This document shows positions 23,230-36,451 of a stretch of DNA of 64,000 bases, in pieces. Position numbers and translations under genes: made by a program. The notes beneath the pieces were generated by a model. It made no database searches and had not been told where the DNA came from. It worked only from the letters and a program-made list of their open reading frames with translations. This stretch comes from Dicyema japonicum (Eukaryota > Animalia > Dicyemida). Each line of letters opens with the position of its first letter. Within the stretch, counting starts at the first letter, position 1. Location of the stretch: positions 367,667 to 431,666 of the forward strand of contig RDEW01000044.1 of NCBI GenBank assembly GCA_011109175.1, given 5' to 3'.

Positions 23230-24830
23230 GGGTTTCTGAAATTACGAAAAAAAGTGGAAAACAGTTGCTTTCAGTTTTCGTAAAACAAAGTAGACATTTA
23301 ATGCAATGGAATACCGTCTCCAACTTAGCTTTCAAATAATTAACCACTCAGTTAAAAAGGCTAAGATTTGTTTTAATTGTAAAAACATTACATTCTTTTC
23401 GTTTTTTTCATGTTTTATTATTATTTTAAATACTTTAATTAAGAAAGACAAGAAAGTAACAGTTATATTGCGGCTGCCTTGATTGCGTGGCTATTCCCTT
23501 TCAGGATAGCGAGCGAGATTTGCTCAAATAGCCAACAGCGCTCACGAGGGTCTCCGTTTCGTGTAGCGATCCGATTCCCTAGACGACTCAAAAATTCTAG
23601 CTTCGCAGGCGAAAAGAAACCAGACGTCTTAACAGCGATGGAACAAACAAAAAATCCTTGGGTAGGAACGCCTACTTTTCCCGTTTCATCTTCTAGGCCT
23701 TCTCAGAGGCAGAACAGGCTCCAGAGGCACTCTGGAGATGGTTGCAAGATACAAATGAATCGGTGCAAATAACGTCTCAGACAAGAGGTTTCCCCTGCTT
23801 CAAAAAGGAATTTTGTCATCCCATTAGATCGTTTCCCGTCCCGCCAGCAAAGACTGACTGGGTTGAAAATGGAGGGGTGTTTGTTGGCGTCCAGAATTCG
23901 CCTAACGACATCATTTTAGGCCATATGTCTGGAAAATCAGCCTTCACTCTTCCAGTAGGAGAAGGGTATAGGTCGAAAACAGTCGATCTGGTTTCCGCAT
24001 CGTCACAGATTTGGAACACAGACTTTTAATACCAGGTGCAATGAGATCCCAATAACGACGCATTCATATCCAGGAAGTACCCAGAACTGCATTGGGAATG
24101 GAATTGAACCAGGCACCGCTCTCAGAAGACGCACCCGACAACAAATATGCACGGGGAATGTTTCAGGTAGGGTTTCATTGTTTTGTGGTTATTGAGCATT
24201 TTAATGTTTCATTGGAGAATTTCAATGTTTTACCTTTTTATGTTTTAGGTCCGTGGTTAATGGGTAATTAACGGGAAGAGTTATTTCATTAATCTATCTT
24301 TAAAAACATAGAAATCAATCTAATCATCGCCAAGATATTATCGAAGTTGAGTTGCCCCTGCAATTGCAAAAGAGATCAACTGGTGAAGCCACAAGTCTCA
24401 CGTGCGTGGTGCCTATTTAGTGTAGCTAGGCGTCCAAGTTTCTTTAGGAAACTAAGGGATTTTCCGCTTATTCCATCTATATCTCAATTACGATAGTTTA
24501 GTCAAGTAATAATTGCTTTAAGGTAAATTCAAAGTATAATATTAAAGAATTTATTTTTTCAGTTAATGAAATCTCAAGAATTTATGTCAAATCTAAAAAT
24601 TACCAATAAATTATTCTCAAAATAAACCAGAAAATAATACAAAAATAATTATAGACCCTGAAGTTCCAGCAGAATTCCTTCCAACTCTCACTGCTGTTCA
24701 TTCCGATTGTAGCTTACACACATCTATGATGCATCCTGATTGACGAGTGACCTTTAAATCATTGATTACTCACTGCAGTACTAATTTGTCTACTTAAACT
24801 AGCATAAAATGAAAAAAGACGTTATGAATC
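23230..24830. repeat. Segmental duplication of 32408-35805, including an internally deleted copy of the CRE (23420-24270, minus strand)
   Basis: Colinear identity on both sides. About 1.87 kb (33346-35216 equivalent) is missing at an aatgtt microhomology. Confidence 0.85.
24330..24470 (-). mobile_element. CRE 3' stub (paralog of 35290-35445)
   Basis: KELGRLATL...RET...LIS.AI. Confidence 0.65.
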
Positions 24831-24937
24831 CAAATGACAAATAAGAATTTTATATACAACGACTTGATTTACCAACTATAATAAGCACGTTATTTAAGAA
24901 TTAATAAATAATGGTTATCCAATATAATTATTATTAT

Positions 24938-25118
24938 GGTCGAGACAACTGGAGGAATAAGTGGAAAATCGCTTCTCTTTCTAAAGAACTTGGACGCCTA
25001 GCTACACTAAAAAGTCACGACGCACGTGAGACCAGGTGGCTTCTCCAGTTGATCTCTGCTGCAATCGTGAGATGGACGCAACGTCGTGTTATTAATTATT
25101 TATTTGTTGATTTGAATT
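24938..25118 (+). mobile_element. CRE 3' stub with probable TSD
   Basis: VETTGGISGKSLLF(fs)KELGRLATLKSHDARETRWLLQLISAAIVR, flanked by taattattattat at 24925-24937 and 25119-25131. Confidence 0.75.
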
Positions 25119-25339
25119 TAATTATTATTATTATTAAAAATTATTAAAAGCACATTCACAGAACCAAAGAACGTTATATTAACTAAGGGTTGTTGAATAA
25201 ATTATTAACTAAGGTTCAAAAGACCTGGATGTTCGTTATGGCAATGGTCGAAGGAATAAATGACCCAACATGACTTTTTCGACCCTTAAACGGTTCACTC
25301 AGTAATCAGGTGCATAAGTAACTCGTCGTCCCGCGGTTC

Positions 25340-25985
25340 AGATGACATCTCCATTCTCCAACTGAAACACCTGTGTCCTTCCACGACGGCCGCAATAACA
25401 TAAATTTTCTACCTCTCAATAAACGAATACAAAATTCCGTCAAAATGGAAGAAATCTCTGATACACCCTATCTTCTCCTCACATTCACTCATCAAGTGTA
25501 TCTAGTTACCGAGGATCCAAAAGAAAATTGGAATTCTCAAGACTTTCACTCACTCTCCATTATCTTCCCGTCCATCGTTAGAGCTTCTATACAAACAATT
25601 TGTTCTACCTAGTATCGAGTAAGCCTGTGCTGCATGGATCGCCCTCTATCAAAAATTCGACACAAAGCAAGCTGGAGATTTTACAAAATCGATGTCTCAG
25701 GATTCTATTCAGGTCGTCGAAAAAGACGTCCACCTCGTTACTGCAGAGAATACTAAACGTTCCCAATCATGAAGTACCTTACGGAACGTCAATATGACTT
25801 CCTCAAACGGCAAAGTCCTCAACTCAGAGTCAGAGTATATATAAGAAGAAACCTTCCCAGCATTGGAGATTAATCCAGGACTCCAAAACTAACCACAGAA
25901 AAAAAACTGGTATTGACACAGATCACTTAATTAGACGATAGCTTTTATTCACTTCTCTTGATTTCGGGATTAATAAAATAAATAA
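25340..25985 (+). mobile_element. LINE (Jockey/CR1-like) 3' end with (TAAA)n tail
   Basis: LYKQFVLPSIE.ACAAW...KLEILQNRCLRIL; related to 19400-19500. Confidence 0.7.
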
Positions 25986-26379
25986 AATTAACTAAGGTCC
26001 CGTTTGTGCCACACGTTTCGAAATTTGATTCATTAGGCGTCTCCATCGTCTTCTGCTTTGCGCATCTGTCCGTAGATATTCTAATGTATCTCGTAAGTTC
26101 CAATCCATCATATAAGGCAATTGTCTTGAATTGGCTTCATTATCCTGTCTAAATAATTTTTAATAACTATAGGAAACTTTTGTATATATTCTGCCAGTTT
26201 TAAAGGCATATTCATCGTATTTCCATTTACGATATTCTTCCATTTTCTCATTCCTGTAATTCGTCGTCGTCGGCATTCAATTGTTCTACCGAATTTTTAG
26301 CATAACTTCTCCAAATATCCATTACGGAATTCAGTTCCTTTGTCTGTATGTAAAGTCAATGGAGGGTCGATTCGTCTGA

Positions 26380-26745
26380 ACACAGTTTGCAATAAATTGT
26401 CTATCTCGTCAGCTTAAGCTCTGTCGGTCTTTTGCGTTCTGCAAGTCCCTCATTGAGTTTCTCCAAATAAATTCATAAAGATAACAAGTGAATAATTGAT
26501 TTTATGTTCCTTTATGCAATTAGAATCAAATTTATACCATATTGTTGACGACTTTTTCTTTTAGCACGCTGCCATAGATTCTCGATGGACTGCGTGTAGA
26601 CATTTGGATCGGCGATATCAACAAAATTTTGGGAGTGATTCACCAAAGAATGTCTGTATATACCGTCATCCCATTGTGGATTGACTGATATGCCAGCCAT
26701 CCATCCGTTATAATCCTCGTCTTACACATTTCCAATCTAATTATT
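26380..26745 (-). mobile_element. Merlin (IS1016/IS1595-like) DDE transposase remnant
   Basis: IITDGWLAY, H.LVNHSQNFVD...TQSIENLWQRAK and YLYEFIWR are characteristic Merlin motifs; frameshifted. Confidence 0.8.
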
Positions 26746-27874
26746 ACACATTTTCAAAAATAACCTTGCACAGTCTGCAGAAAATTGTGTTCTTTATCAA
26801 ACGCCGTGCTACACACAACTTTATGCATTCCTCCAGACTCGGTGTACTCATCAGAAGCCTCAACAGGGAGAGTCGTTCGGTTGAATGGCAGCACGACTCA
26901 TTATTTCTTCTTGTTAAATTATGCTCTTGCTACCAGCTCGCACATGTTATTCAAATTTGTTCAAATATAAAACAGAAAGTTACTCTAAATATGCTGATAT
27001 AATTTAAAATATAATTATTTTTTATTCTCGAAAAAATATTGCTCATTAAACTGTAACATTGCTAGCTCTTCCTCTTCCTTGCAACAAATCTCAATTTAGT
27101 TTGATTTCTAATTGAATAAAACTATCATTTTCAAAATTAAAGATTTAGATATTTGATTTAGCCCAAACCTTTTCACTCTTGATACAAGATCTACTGCCCC
27201 CAAATTGCGTGGATTGAGTATTGAATTCTTTATTTTTAGAGTGTTTCTTTGTCGAGACTCACTAAACCCATTCAGACACGTTATATTTTTTTTAAATTGT
27301 AGCTTATTAATATATATAATTTTATAAATATTTGTCGTTTTCTAATAAGCTTGTTATTAAAAAAATTTGTTATAGAGCGTTACACAACGGCCCCGTTATA
27401 CCTATGGACTGTCACATGAATTTATTCAAATTTGTATTTGGCTGGCGGACACAGTTTGACAATCTCTGGATTAGAGAATTGTTCAAAATTATAGTCTAAT
27501 AATTTTATTAATAAATAATAACCATCCAGAATATTTAGTATTACATTCTTCTCACGTGTCTTCGCTTCTGCCACAAACAAAAAATTTTTCTAACTGTTTA
27601 CTATTATCTTCATCGACTGTAGGCTGTTTGATTACTATTAATTTCTGCACAGGATGATTAGAAATTATAGCCTTAATAAAATATGAAGAATTGTATCAAA
27701 AAATAATTTTTAAAGCAAACAGTAAATAGTTCGAATCTACTAATAAGTAGAGACTCTCTTTCTAATAAGTAGAGAGAATGAAACGTATTCTATGAAAAAT
27801 AATTCGTTTTATTGAAATATTGGTACCGTGGGATTAACTCCACGAGATTCAATTATTCTAATAATCTAGGAATT

Positions 27875-28120
27875 AGAAGACGAAACGAACCGTGTTTGTC
27901 GGGGACTTAGCCAACGAGGTCACTGAGAAAATATTAAGGGATAGATTTAATCACCTCGGGGAAATAATGTAGCCAATACTCGGTAAACTTAAATAGGGAT
28001 GCTAGACTCGTTATGAACCCCCAAACGAACTGTCATAGAGGAAATGAATGGCATAGTCATCCAAGGACGTCCTATCCGAGTAAAGGAGGCGCTAGTGCAG
28101 AATCGAGGTACTACTAATTC
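27875..28120 (+). pseudogene. RRM-domain pseudogene fragment (TIA-1/TIAR RRM2-like) lacking RNP1
   Basis: TVFVGDLANEVTEKILRDRFNHLGEIM|DARLVMNPQTNCHRG...IEEMNGIVIQGRPIRVKEA, with a 28-nt GT-AG intron at 27969-27996. Confidence 0.65.
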
Positions 28121-28202
28121 TTATTTCAGCCAATAATAATTTTGGTGGAATCTTTTATTCGGGGTCTATGGTCAATACGACCATATATGTTCGGAATCTA
28201 CC

Positions 28203-29722
28203 CCCAAATATCTCAGAACGGGAGATAAAGCCAATTTTCGAAAAACAAGGTTCATATTAGAAATAAGGCTTTATCCCGGGCGGAACTATTGCTTCTTTAC
28301 GTTTATTTTTGCTAATCCTTTTGTTACCAAGACTACCCCTCCGCAGTTTCTGCTATTTTGTTAAATAACGGATTAATTATAAGAAATCAACGACTAACCT
28401 GTGGATGGGTTAGGAATCAAATATTAAATAAATTTTATAATTTAGGAAATTCCAGTCTAAAGTTATTATGGGGGTATTATTTCCCACCTGTTTTCTTCAA
28501 TTATTAATCATTTCTTTTCTTTTTTTCGGCGGACTCTTCGGTCAAGGAAAGAAAATTACCGTTCGAAAGAATTTCTCTACACTCAATTCATTCTGCTTTT
28601 TTTGATTTTTTTGTTTTGAATAATACAAATTTCTCATTATATATTGAATTGATTATTATATAGTCAAAATAACATAGATTCAGATATATTTTTTAAGCTC
28701 GCAAAGATGACAAGCACAGTCTAAGCCCGACTCTTTTACTCTATTTTTGTTTTGATTGATAAACAAACTATATCTCATTTATTTGTATGTTGTCTTGAAT
28801 TACAGTCTCACACATAGTCAGAGGTGGATAAAATCTTAGGTTTTATTCATAATTTTGGTGAAATCTTCAGTACATAACAGTAATGAATAAGTGGGAAATT
28901 TACTGTCAAATATCTTCGAAAGAGAATTAAGAATATTTTTGGCAGAACAGGTTTTATTTACAGCATTAGGCATTTTCATGAGAAAGGCATTGCTTCGTAA
29001 CGTGATTTTATTTTGCAGAATAACAAAAAATATTTATAAGAATTTGCGATTAACTTGTGGATGAGTAAGGAGTCATGTATTAAATTCTAGCTCTGAGTTT
29101 TCATGGTGGGTATTATTTCCCAGCCATCCTCTGTTAACCAGACGAGACTAAAAATGAAAATGACATCAACTCAAATTAATAGTAATTTCCATTTTCGTCG
29201 AGTCGTGAGGAATTCGAGGCCAAGGAAAACCGAGTTAAGGATCCACTATTTTTTTAAATAAATTGTAAGAAACACCGAATATCTTGTTGATAGGGAGCGG
29301 TCGAGTAAAAATAGATTTATTGATTTTAGGAAAATCCATGAGTTATTATCGAGTATGTTATTTCCCATCATACTTTTTGTTTTATGATTAATAAATATAT
29401 TATTTCTGTTTTATTTTTAAGTAGTATTTGAATGCAGTCTCCCATAGTGGAGTGATTGAGCTGATGTTTCAATAATTTGCGAGTAAAATGCCTCCATTAT
29501 TATGCTACAAAAACTGAGTGAAAGCAAAATTTGGATTTCAAAAAACAATGGAAATTCCTTAAATATGACTTTAATACACGGTGGACCACCCAATTATTGG
29601 TTATTAACACCCTTCTGCTCATAGAGATAATTAAATACTGTTTTCGGAAAATTAATAAACAATATAGATTGTTAACTCTTGCTCTACTGATAAAATGACA
29701 GGGTTGCGGTTCAATAACTATG
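28203..29722 (+). repeat. Segmental duplicate of 7842-9365
   Basis: Colinear identity throughout. Confidence 0.9.
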
Positions 29723-30269
29723 ACAGGTTTCATTGGTTTGAAACCACGTTTCTATAAAACATTTCCAAAATTAATGAGCGGATATAAAAAATGAAGTATT
29801 GAATTAATAATAGAGATTCTTTAGGTTTTATTAATGACAGAGAATAACCAGTAAATCGTTTCATTTCAAAATTAAAATAACATAGACTTGGAAATAGTAT
29901 CTCAATCAGCAAAGTGAAGGTTGTACAAGGAAATATAAAAGTTTGTTTTTCACTCGAATTTTTCGTTTTTGTATATAATGTAATAAATAATTACATTTCC
30001 ATTAGACTTTATAGGACCAATTAACAAGTGGGTATTAACAGCTTTGTTCTCATGGACAAAATAAATCGGTAATTAATAGAAATTAGATCAAAAAATATCT
30101 GTGTTATAGTAATTTGAAAACATCATTAGAGACACATGCTTATTCGATTTTGAAACTATTTCCAAGAATGTATGATGATTAAATAATTCGTAACAAAATG
30201 ATTTATTTTATAAATTACTGTTTATAATGATGTTATTTTTTGATTATTGTTTGTTTGCTTTAAATTTGA

Positions 30270-30710
30270 GGCATTTAATAACAAAATTATATTTTTAAGT
30301 AGTTTCTAATTATAGTCTCACATAGTCTATTAATTAAGGTTTTACTAATAATTTAAGTGGAATCTTTACCCAGGATCTGTGGTGAATAGGACAGTATATG
30401 TGGGGAATTTAACAACAAATATCTGAGAATGGGAGTTAAAGCTGATTTGTGAAAGAACAGGATTTATATTCAAAATGAGGCTATATCCTTTGAAGAACAA
30501 TTCCTTCATAATGTAATTTTCACTATTCCTTTAGTTACTATCCATTGCAGAATCAAATATTCTGTTAAATAACGGATTATTTATAGTTTCTCAGAAAATT
30601 CCTTGTGGATGTGAAAGAATCAGTATTAAATTGATTTATTGAGGAAAATCCAGTCCGAGTTATTATGGAAAGTATTATTTCACAACGTCTTCTACTTGTC
30701 CGACGTAGAT
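30270..30710 (+). pseudogene. Diverged module of the same unknown small-gene family
   Basis: WNLYPGSVVNRTVYVGEFNNKYLR...LLNNGL...ENPVRVIM with tiny GT-AG intervals; contains stops. Confidence 0.45.
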
Positions 30711-32069
30711 AAGAATAAAAGGACATAAATGGAAATAAGCAATAAAATCGTTTGTCCTGTTTCAAATTAATAAATTAAAGTAGATATGAAATTAAAAGCA
30801 GCTCAACGGATCTAAAGGATCGTTGATCTAAAAGACCAACTCATAAATTATTCTAAACATTTGTGTATTGAAAAAATAAAGTTTTGAATAAACAATAGAA
30901 ATTGTTAGGTTTGTTTTTGAAGACAACGGAAACAATAGTTAGTAAAATAATGTTTTAGGCATTTCACCAAACAATTCAGATTGTGTTTAATAAGCGGAAA
31001 TTGAAAATGAAAATTACCGAGAAATGAAATGATTGTGCTATTTTTAATGTTTTGTTTGTTTGTTTCGAATTGGAGGTATTTAATAACCAAATAATGTTTA
31101 TGTGTGAATTATGATGAGATTTCTATTTGCGGCTCTCATTTCTCTAAGTAGTTTATATATTAATTATTACTAGAATATTACATAGTTTATTACATAATTC
31201 AATTTCATAATTTGTTGTATGAATCAGATTGGGTTTTGTGTGAAAGCTTGTTGAGGAAAAATGCGTGGGTCAACATATTATTCAGAATAAAAATTTATAC
31301 AAAACTTCTTGTTTTTGAGAGAAAGTTATATGTCAGTTATCGAAATTAACATGATGATAAATGGGTAATGTTGAATTCATAGTTTATGTCATCCTTTTAC
31401 TTTAAACCTAGCATATTAACCAATTTTGGTGGGAGATGACTTAGGAATAGACTAAAATGTATCAGCGACTTGTAAGACCTCGTTAGTAAGATTTTGATAT
31501 TTTTGAATTATCCTAGATATATTAAATAATAAATTGTTAAATAATATTAGTACATCTGATTTTAGAGCAAATATGAATAAATATATCCACGTGAATATAC
31601 TGAAAATTCAACTGCGTATCATTTTAAGCAACATTATAGACTGAAATCGACAACAGCTATAACAGAATTAACTCAGACGTCTAATCTACTGGAAAATACT
31701 GAAAAGTCAACTCCATATCACTATATTAGCATTATAGACAATAATCGACACTACAGAATTATGTGCAGCAACGACTGCAAAGTCATCCTTGACTAAAAAA
31801 TAATAAAAATTAATTTATTTAACAGATCACTCAAAAAAATGAACCATCAGAATCAATCATTCTACAGAAGACTAAAACAAAAATAAACACTACTCTGACA
31901 GTAAAAAGTTAAAATGAAGAAAATAATCTACTTACTCATGTAGAATATGACTATCGAGAGACTGCGGAGTATTCACTAGTTTCATTTTGTTCTCATTCGT
32001 GTTGATTCTATTTTTTTAGTGTATGGAATTTTTTATAATTTAAAATCAAAATTTTTTTTTTTTTTTTTA

Positions 32070-32193
32070 AGAACAAAAATTTATTAACAATAAAATATTA
32101 TTTATTAACTATGGGGGAGAGCGGCTGCTGACATCACGGAGTAAGCGTTTCCGCGAATAACAGCGATACCAATTCTTCCGCGAATAACAGCGA
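32070..32193 (-). mobile_element. CRE 3' stub (same subfamily as 6767) with a long polyA tail
   Basis: Near identity to 6775-6870; a T-run at 32050-32068; an 18-bp duplication at its 5' junction. Confidence 0.85.
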
Positions 32194-32574
32194 ATCAAAA
32201 ATGAATACAAAAAGACTCCAGACATGAAGATTAATCTCGCAAACATGCAAGTCACTGTTATTTATTATTCATAGATTGTTGGTTATTAGAAAATTAAGTT
32301 ATTCTTCCAGCTTATGATAGATGATAATCAAGTTTTTCCAATTTAGGGTTGAGGAGATTTTATCCATACTATTCGTGTACTTGACACTTCTTGTGAATAG
32401 AACTTCGGGTTTCTGCAATTACGAAAAAAGTGAAAAACAGTTGCTTTCAGTTGTCGTAAAACAAAGTAGACATTTAATGCAATGGAATAACGTCTCCACC
32501 ACTCAGTTCAAAAGGCTAAGATTTGTTTTAATTGTAGAAACATTACATTCTTTTCGTTTTTATTTTTTCATGTT

Positions 32575-35270
32575 TTATTTTTATTTTAAATATTTTTATT
32601 AAGGAAAGACAAAAAAGTAAACTGTTATATTGCGGCTGCCCTGACTACGTGGCTATTCCCTCTTATGATAGCGAGCAGATTCGCTCAAATAACTAGCAGC
32701 GCTCACTAGGGTCTCCTTTTCGTGTAGCGATCCGATTCCCTAGACGAGTCAAAAATCCTACGTCGCAAGCGCAAGGGAACCAGACGTCTCACTGGGGAGT
32801 GGAACAAACAAAAACTCCTTGGGTAGGACCGCCTACTTTTCCCGTTTCATCTTCTCGTCCTTCTCTGCTGCAGAACAGGCTCCAGAGGCACTCTGGAGAT
32901 GGTTGCAATATGCAAATGTGTCGGTGCAGGTAACGTCTCAGACAAGAGGTTTCCCGGCTCAAAAGGGAAGATTATTATCCCATCACGTCGTCTCCCGTCC
33001 CGCCTGCAAAGACCGACTGGTTCGAATATGGAGGGGAGTCCGGCGGCGTCCAAAATTCGCCTAACGACTTCGTTCAAGGCCATGAGTCTGGGAAATTTGC
33101 ATGCACTCTTCTTGTATGAGAGAGGGTGTAGGTCGAAACAGTCGATCTGGTATCCGCATTGGCACGGATGTGGAATACAGACTTTTATTCCCAGTCGCAG
33201 TGGGATCCCAATAAAAACGTCAAAAAATGAACCATCAGAATTATAACATCATCCAGGAAGGTACCCAGAACTGCATTGAGAATGAAGTTGAGCCAGACAC
33301 CGCTCTCAGAACACGCTTCCGACATCAAACAGGCACGGCAATGTTGGATAGTTGACACTAGCAAATCTTTGAAAGAATTCCAGCATATAGCATCATCCAA
33401 GCTCCGCTGAGAGAACGAAAAAGGCAGGGAAAACTAATACGTGCGGCTCCAGGCCTTACCAGCATGTCCAGCGTCCTCGTCAATAGAGAATTCAGGTAGT
33501 CTTTTACATGGGAGATACAGGCTACTAGCGATGATAGGTATGAAGGAGAGAAAGGTCCATATGGTTCCAAAATTCAAGTCTTCCGAGTCTTACTGGCAGC
33601 GTGGCATGCTTTTATGAGTAATCCTCGAACCGGACGTTGAAGATACCTTCCACTATCGTACGGAAGATCTCGTTAATCTGTGCGAGTTGGTCACACAAAG
33701 TGAAACAGGGAGCAGTCCTCAAGACATATGCAAGCATCTGTACGTTAAGAATGTTTTTCATTAGGAACAATGCTGATTGCATGTCAGATAGACACAAGAG
33801 GTTCAGAGAGTCTCCGAGTAACAGTCGTTTTTTACGTATAGCTCTTCCCATTGCATTTATGGTGATTGGGGATCCTAGGAATATAAGTTCATCATCGGAT
33901 GTGGAAATACTTCTAGGCAGTAAATTTCCGAAAAATGACAAAGCGTTTGAATACTTCTCTTCTGAAAGTCTGCATTTGTAGAATTTGCATTTAATGTAAT
34001 TTAATTCCAGTCCAACTACCAACAGGAATCACTTCAAAATCTCGAAAAAATTATCACTTCCAAATCTCTGAAATAGTATCTGGGGGTCCTCCGAGGACCG
34101 CATCATCCAGATACCCTGTTGCACTTAAGAAAACTAATGGATTAGGAAGTCCCCTAAAAGTAAGGATGAAAGTGAGCTTGTAACTGATTCAAAAATTCGA
34201 AAATATTGGGGCATCTCTCAAAACACTCCTCCAGGAAATTGTCCCTCCATTGACTATTAAAGGCGTTCTTGATGTCCATTTTGACCAGGACATGTCTTGG
34301 AGAATCTACTATACTGCGGTTTATGAAATTCCTCACTGAATGGAGAGCGGCGTCGCATCCCAAGCGAATACCGACACCTACTTGAGGGGGGTTCAAGAAT
34401 TTTGTGACGAGTGGAATAGAATCTCTGCTGGCGATTTTAGCAACCAGTCTTCTTGGAGACAAACCCGACCGCAACTGGTCGTACTCCGCTACCCTTCTTA
34501 TCAAAGGCTATCAAATTGGCGGAGAACTAAACATGGCTGATAACTTCGAAAAGAACTCCAGACATGATCCGGTTCATATTTAAAGTAATTGAATTCGTAA
34601 AACGAATTCCCGGTCTCCTACAGACAAAGAGGTTAGATCCTTCAGGAAGCCAGGTCTCAACAGTCGAGCCCGCCACTGTTACTAGGGGCAAAATTCCGTA
34701 TTGCGAGGAGAACTTTATCGTTTGATGCAATCAGGGATTCACACCGGATGGGGAGCGACTTGGAGTAGGTTTTGGGGATGGCAGTGGATGCTTGTTTAGT
34801 AAATTATTGTAGGTGTCTGGAGTCGGTTTTCGTGGTCCACTCGAGGAAAGTGCCCTGATGGCTGCGCGGGTGCCACCTTCGTTCTCTTGAGACGGTGCAT
34901 TTCGACTTCCTCGTTCTGACCACGTGTCTCCCTCGTACGGTTAGAAGTCATCGGACAACTGGGTATGTGAATACCCCCCAAAAAAACGAATGTTGTTCCT
35001 CATGGTGGTAGCAAGAGACTCCTTTCCGCGACCATCTCGATAAAGTCCCAGTGCGGAAGGCGCAAAACTGAATAAGCGCATCCAATCATGTACTGCGTTA
35101 GTCCGGAGGGCATCTTCGATCGATTTGGAAAGGGCCTCCGCAGCGATAAGTCGTACGGCCTTGGAAATCCTCAAAGGGATAGTCCGTGGAGAACTTAGAG
35201 ATGAGACGTAGGAATGTTTCATGGTCCGTGGTTGATGGGTAATTAACAGGACAGTTATTTCGTTAATCTA
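32575..35270 (-). mobile_element. Near-complete, frameshifted CRE-clade retrotransposon, about 2.7 kb
   Basis: N-terminal RISKAVRLIAAEAL...WMRLFSFAP; RT RRLVAK, QVGVG..GCDAALH, KMDIKNAFNS and YLDD; C-terminal GTFLDD, RRDG and endonuclease; A-rich tail. Confidence 0.9.
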
Positions 35271-35289
35271 TCTTCAAAAACATAGAAAT

Positions 35290-35445
35290 TAATCTAAAAT
35301 CATCGCCGCATATATTATCGAAGTTGAGTTGCTTCTCGCGATTGCAAAAGAGATCAACTGTGAAGCCACAAATCTCACGTGAGTGATGCCTATTTAGTGT
35401 AGCTAGCCGTCCAAGTTCTTTAGGAAACGAAAAGATTTCCCGCTT
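35290..35445 (-). mobile_element. CRE 3' stub of another subfamily, directly upstream (head-to-tail) of the 2.7-kb copy
   Basis: KELGRLATLNRHHSRE; similar to 24965-25085. Confidence 0.65.
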
Positions 35446-36199
35446 ATTCCTTATGGTGTCTCAACTACGATGGGTTAGTAAAGTAAAAATTGCTTTAAGG
35501 TAAATTCAAAGTAATAATATTAAAGAATTTATTTTTTCAGTTAATGAAATCTTAACAATTTATGTCAAATCTAAAAATTACCAATAAATTGTTCCAAAAT
35601 AAACCAGAAAATAATACAAAGATAATTATAGACCCTTAAGTTCCAGCAGAATTCCTTCCAACTCTCACTGCTGTCCATTCCGATTGAGGTTTCCACACCT
35701 CTATGATGCCTCCTGATTGGGGAGTGACCTTTAAATCATTGATTACTCAATGCGGGACTAATTTGTCTACTTAAACTAGCATAAAATGAAAAAAGACGTC
35801 ATGAACATTCTTAATAACTCGTCGGCGATATTCGGATCATTAAAAAAAGTAAGCACTACCGTGTTGCTATAAGCTAAGGAACACACACTTTATTTAAGAA
35901 AGAACAGTTATTATAACTAATCGTAAAGGGAGAACCAAGGAGTACTCTTTACTTGTTTTTTCTTTTTCTTGGGTTTATGTTTTTTTGACAATCCAGTTCC
36001 GCAGTGAATCTCCACTGATGACGTCGTCACTCATCAAACTTTTTCAACATCGTAGATGCGTGGAACCTTCCACCAGGTGAACAACAGCGAACATTGAACC
36101 CGTGACCTAAGCCACTTTGTCTAACACCTAGACACTATACCATTCGGATCATTTTTTTGTTTAGAATCAATATTTTCTTTTCTAAAAATTAGTTTAATT

Positions 36200-36345
36200 T
36201 CTTTTTTTTCAAAAATTTATTAACAATAAAATATTATTTTTTAACTATGGGGGAGAGCGGCGCTGACATCACGGAGTAAGCGTTTCCGCGAACAACTGCG
36301 ATACCAATTCTTTGCCTCAGCCAGACCGCTTCCCGCAAGTCTTTA
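36200..36345 (-). mobile_element. CRE 3' stub (same subfamily as 6767 and 32070)
   Basis: Near identity to 6775-6905. Confidence 0.85.
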
Positions 36346-36451
36346 GTTTAATTAAAAACTTTATTTAATTTTTTTAATTAAATATTATAAAATAAAATTT
36401 AAAATAAAACAACTCAATATTCAAATTGGAATAAATAATTATCATCACTTG

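Noticed and set aside
31597-31790. Two 99-bp Ser/Thr-rich repeats resembling mucin exons
   Set aside because: The second copy lacks the GT donor and hits stops; too little support to call a gene.
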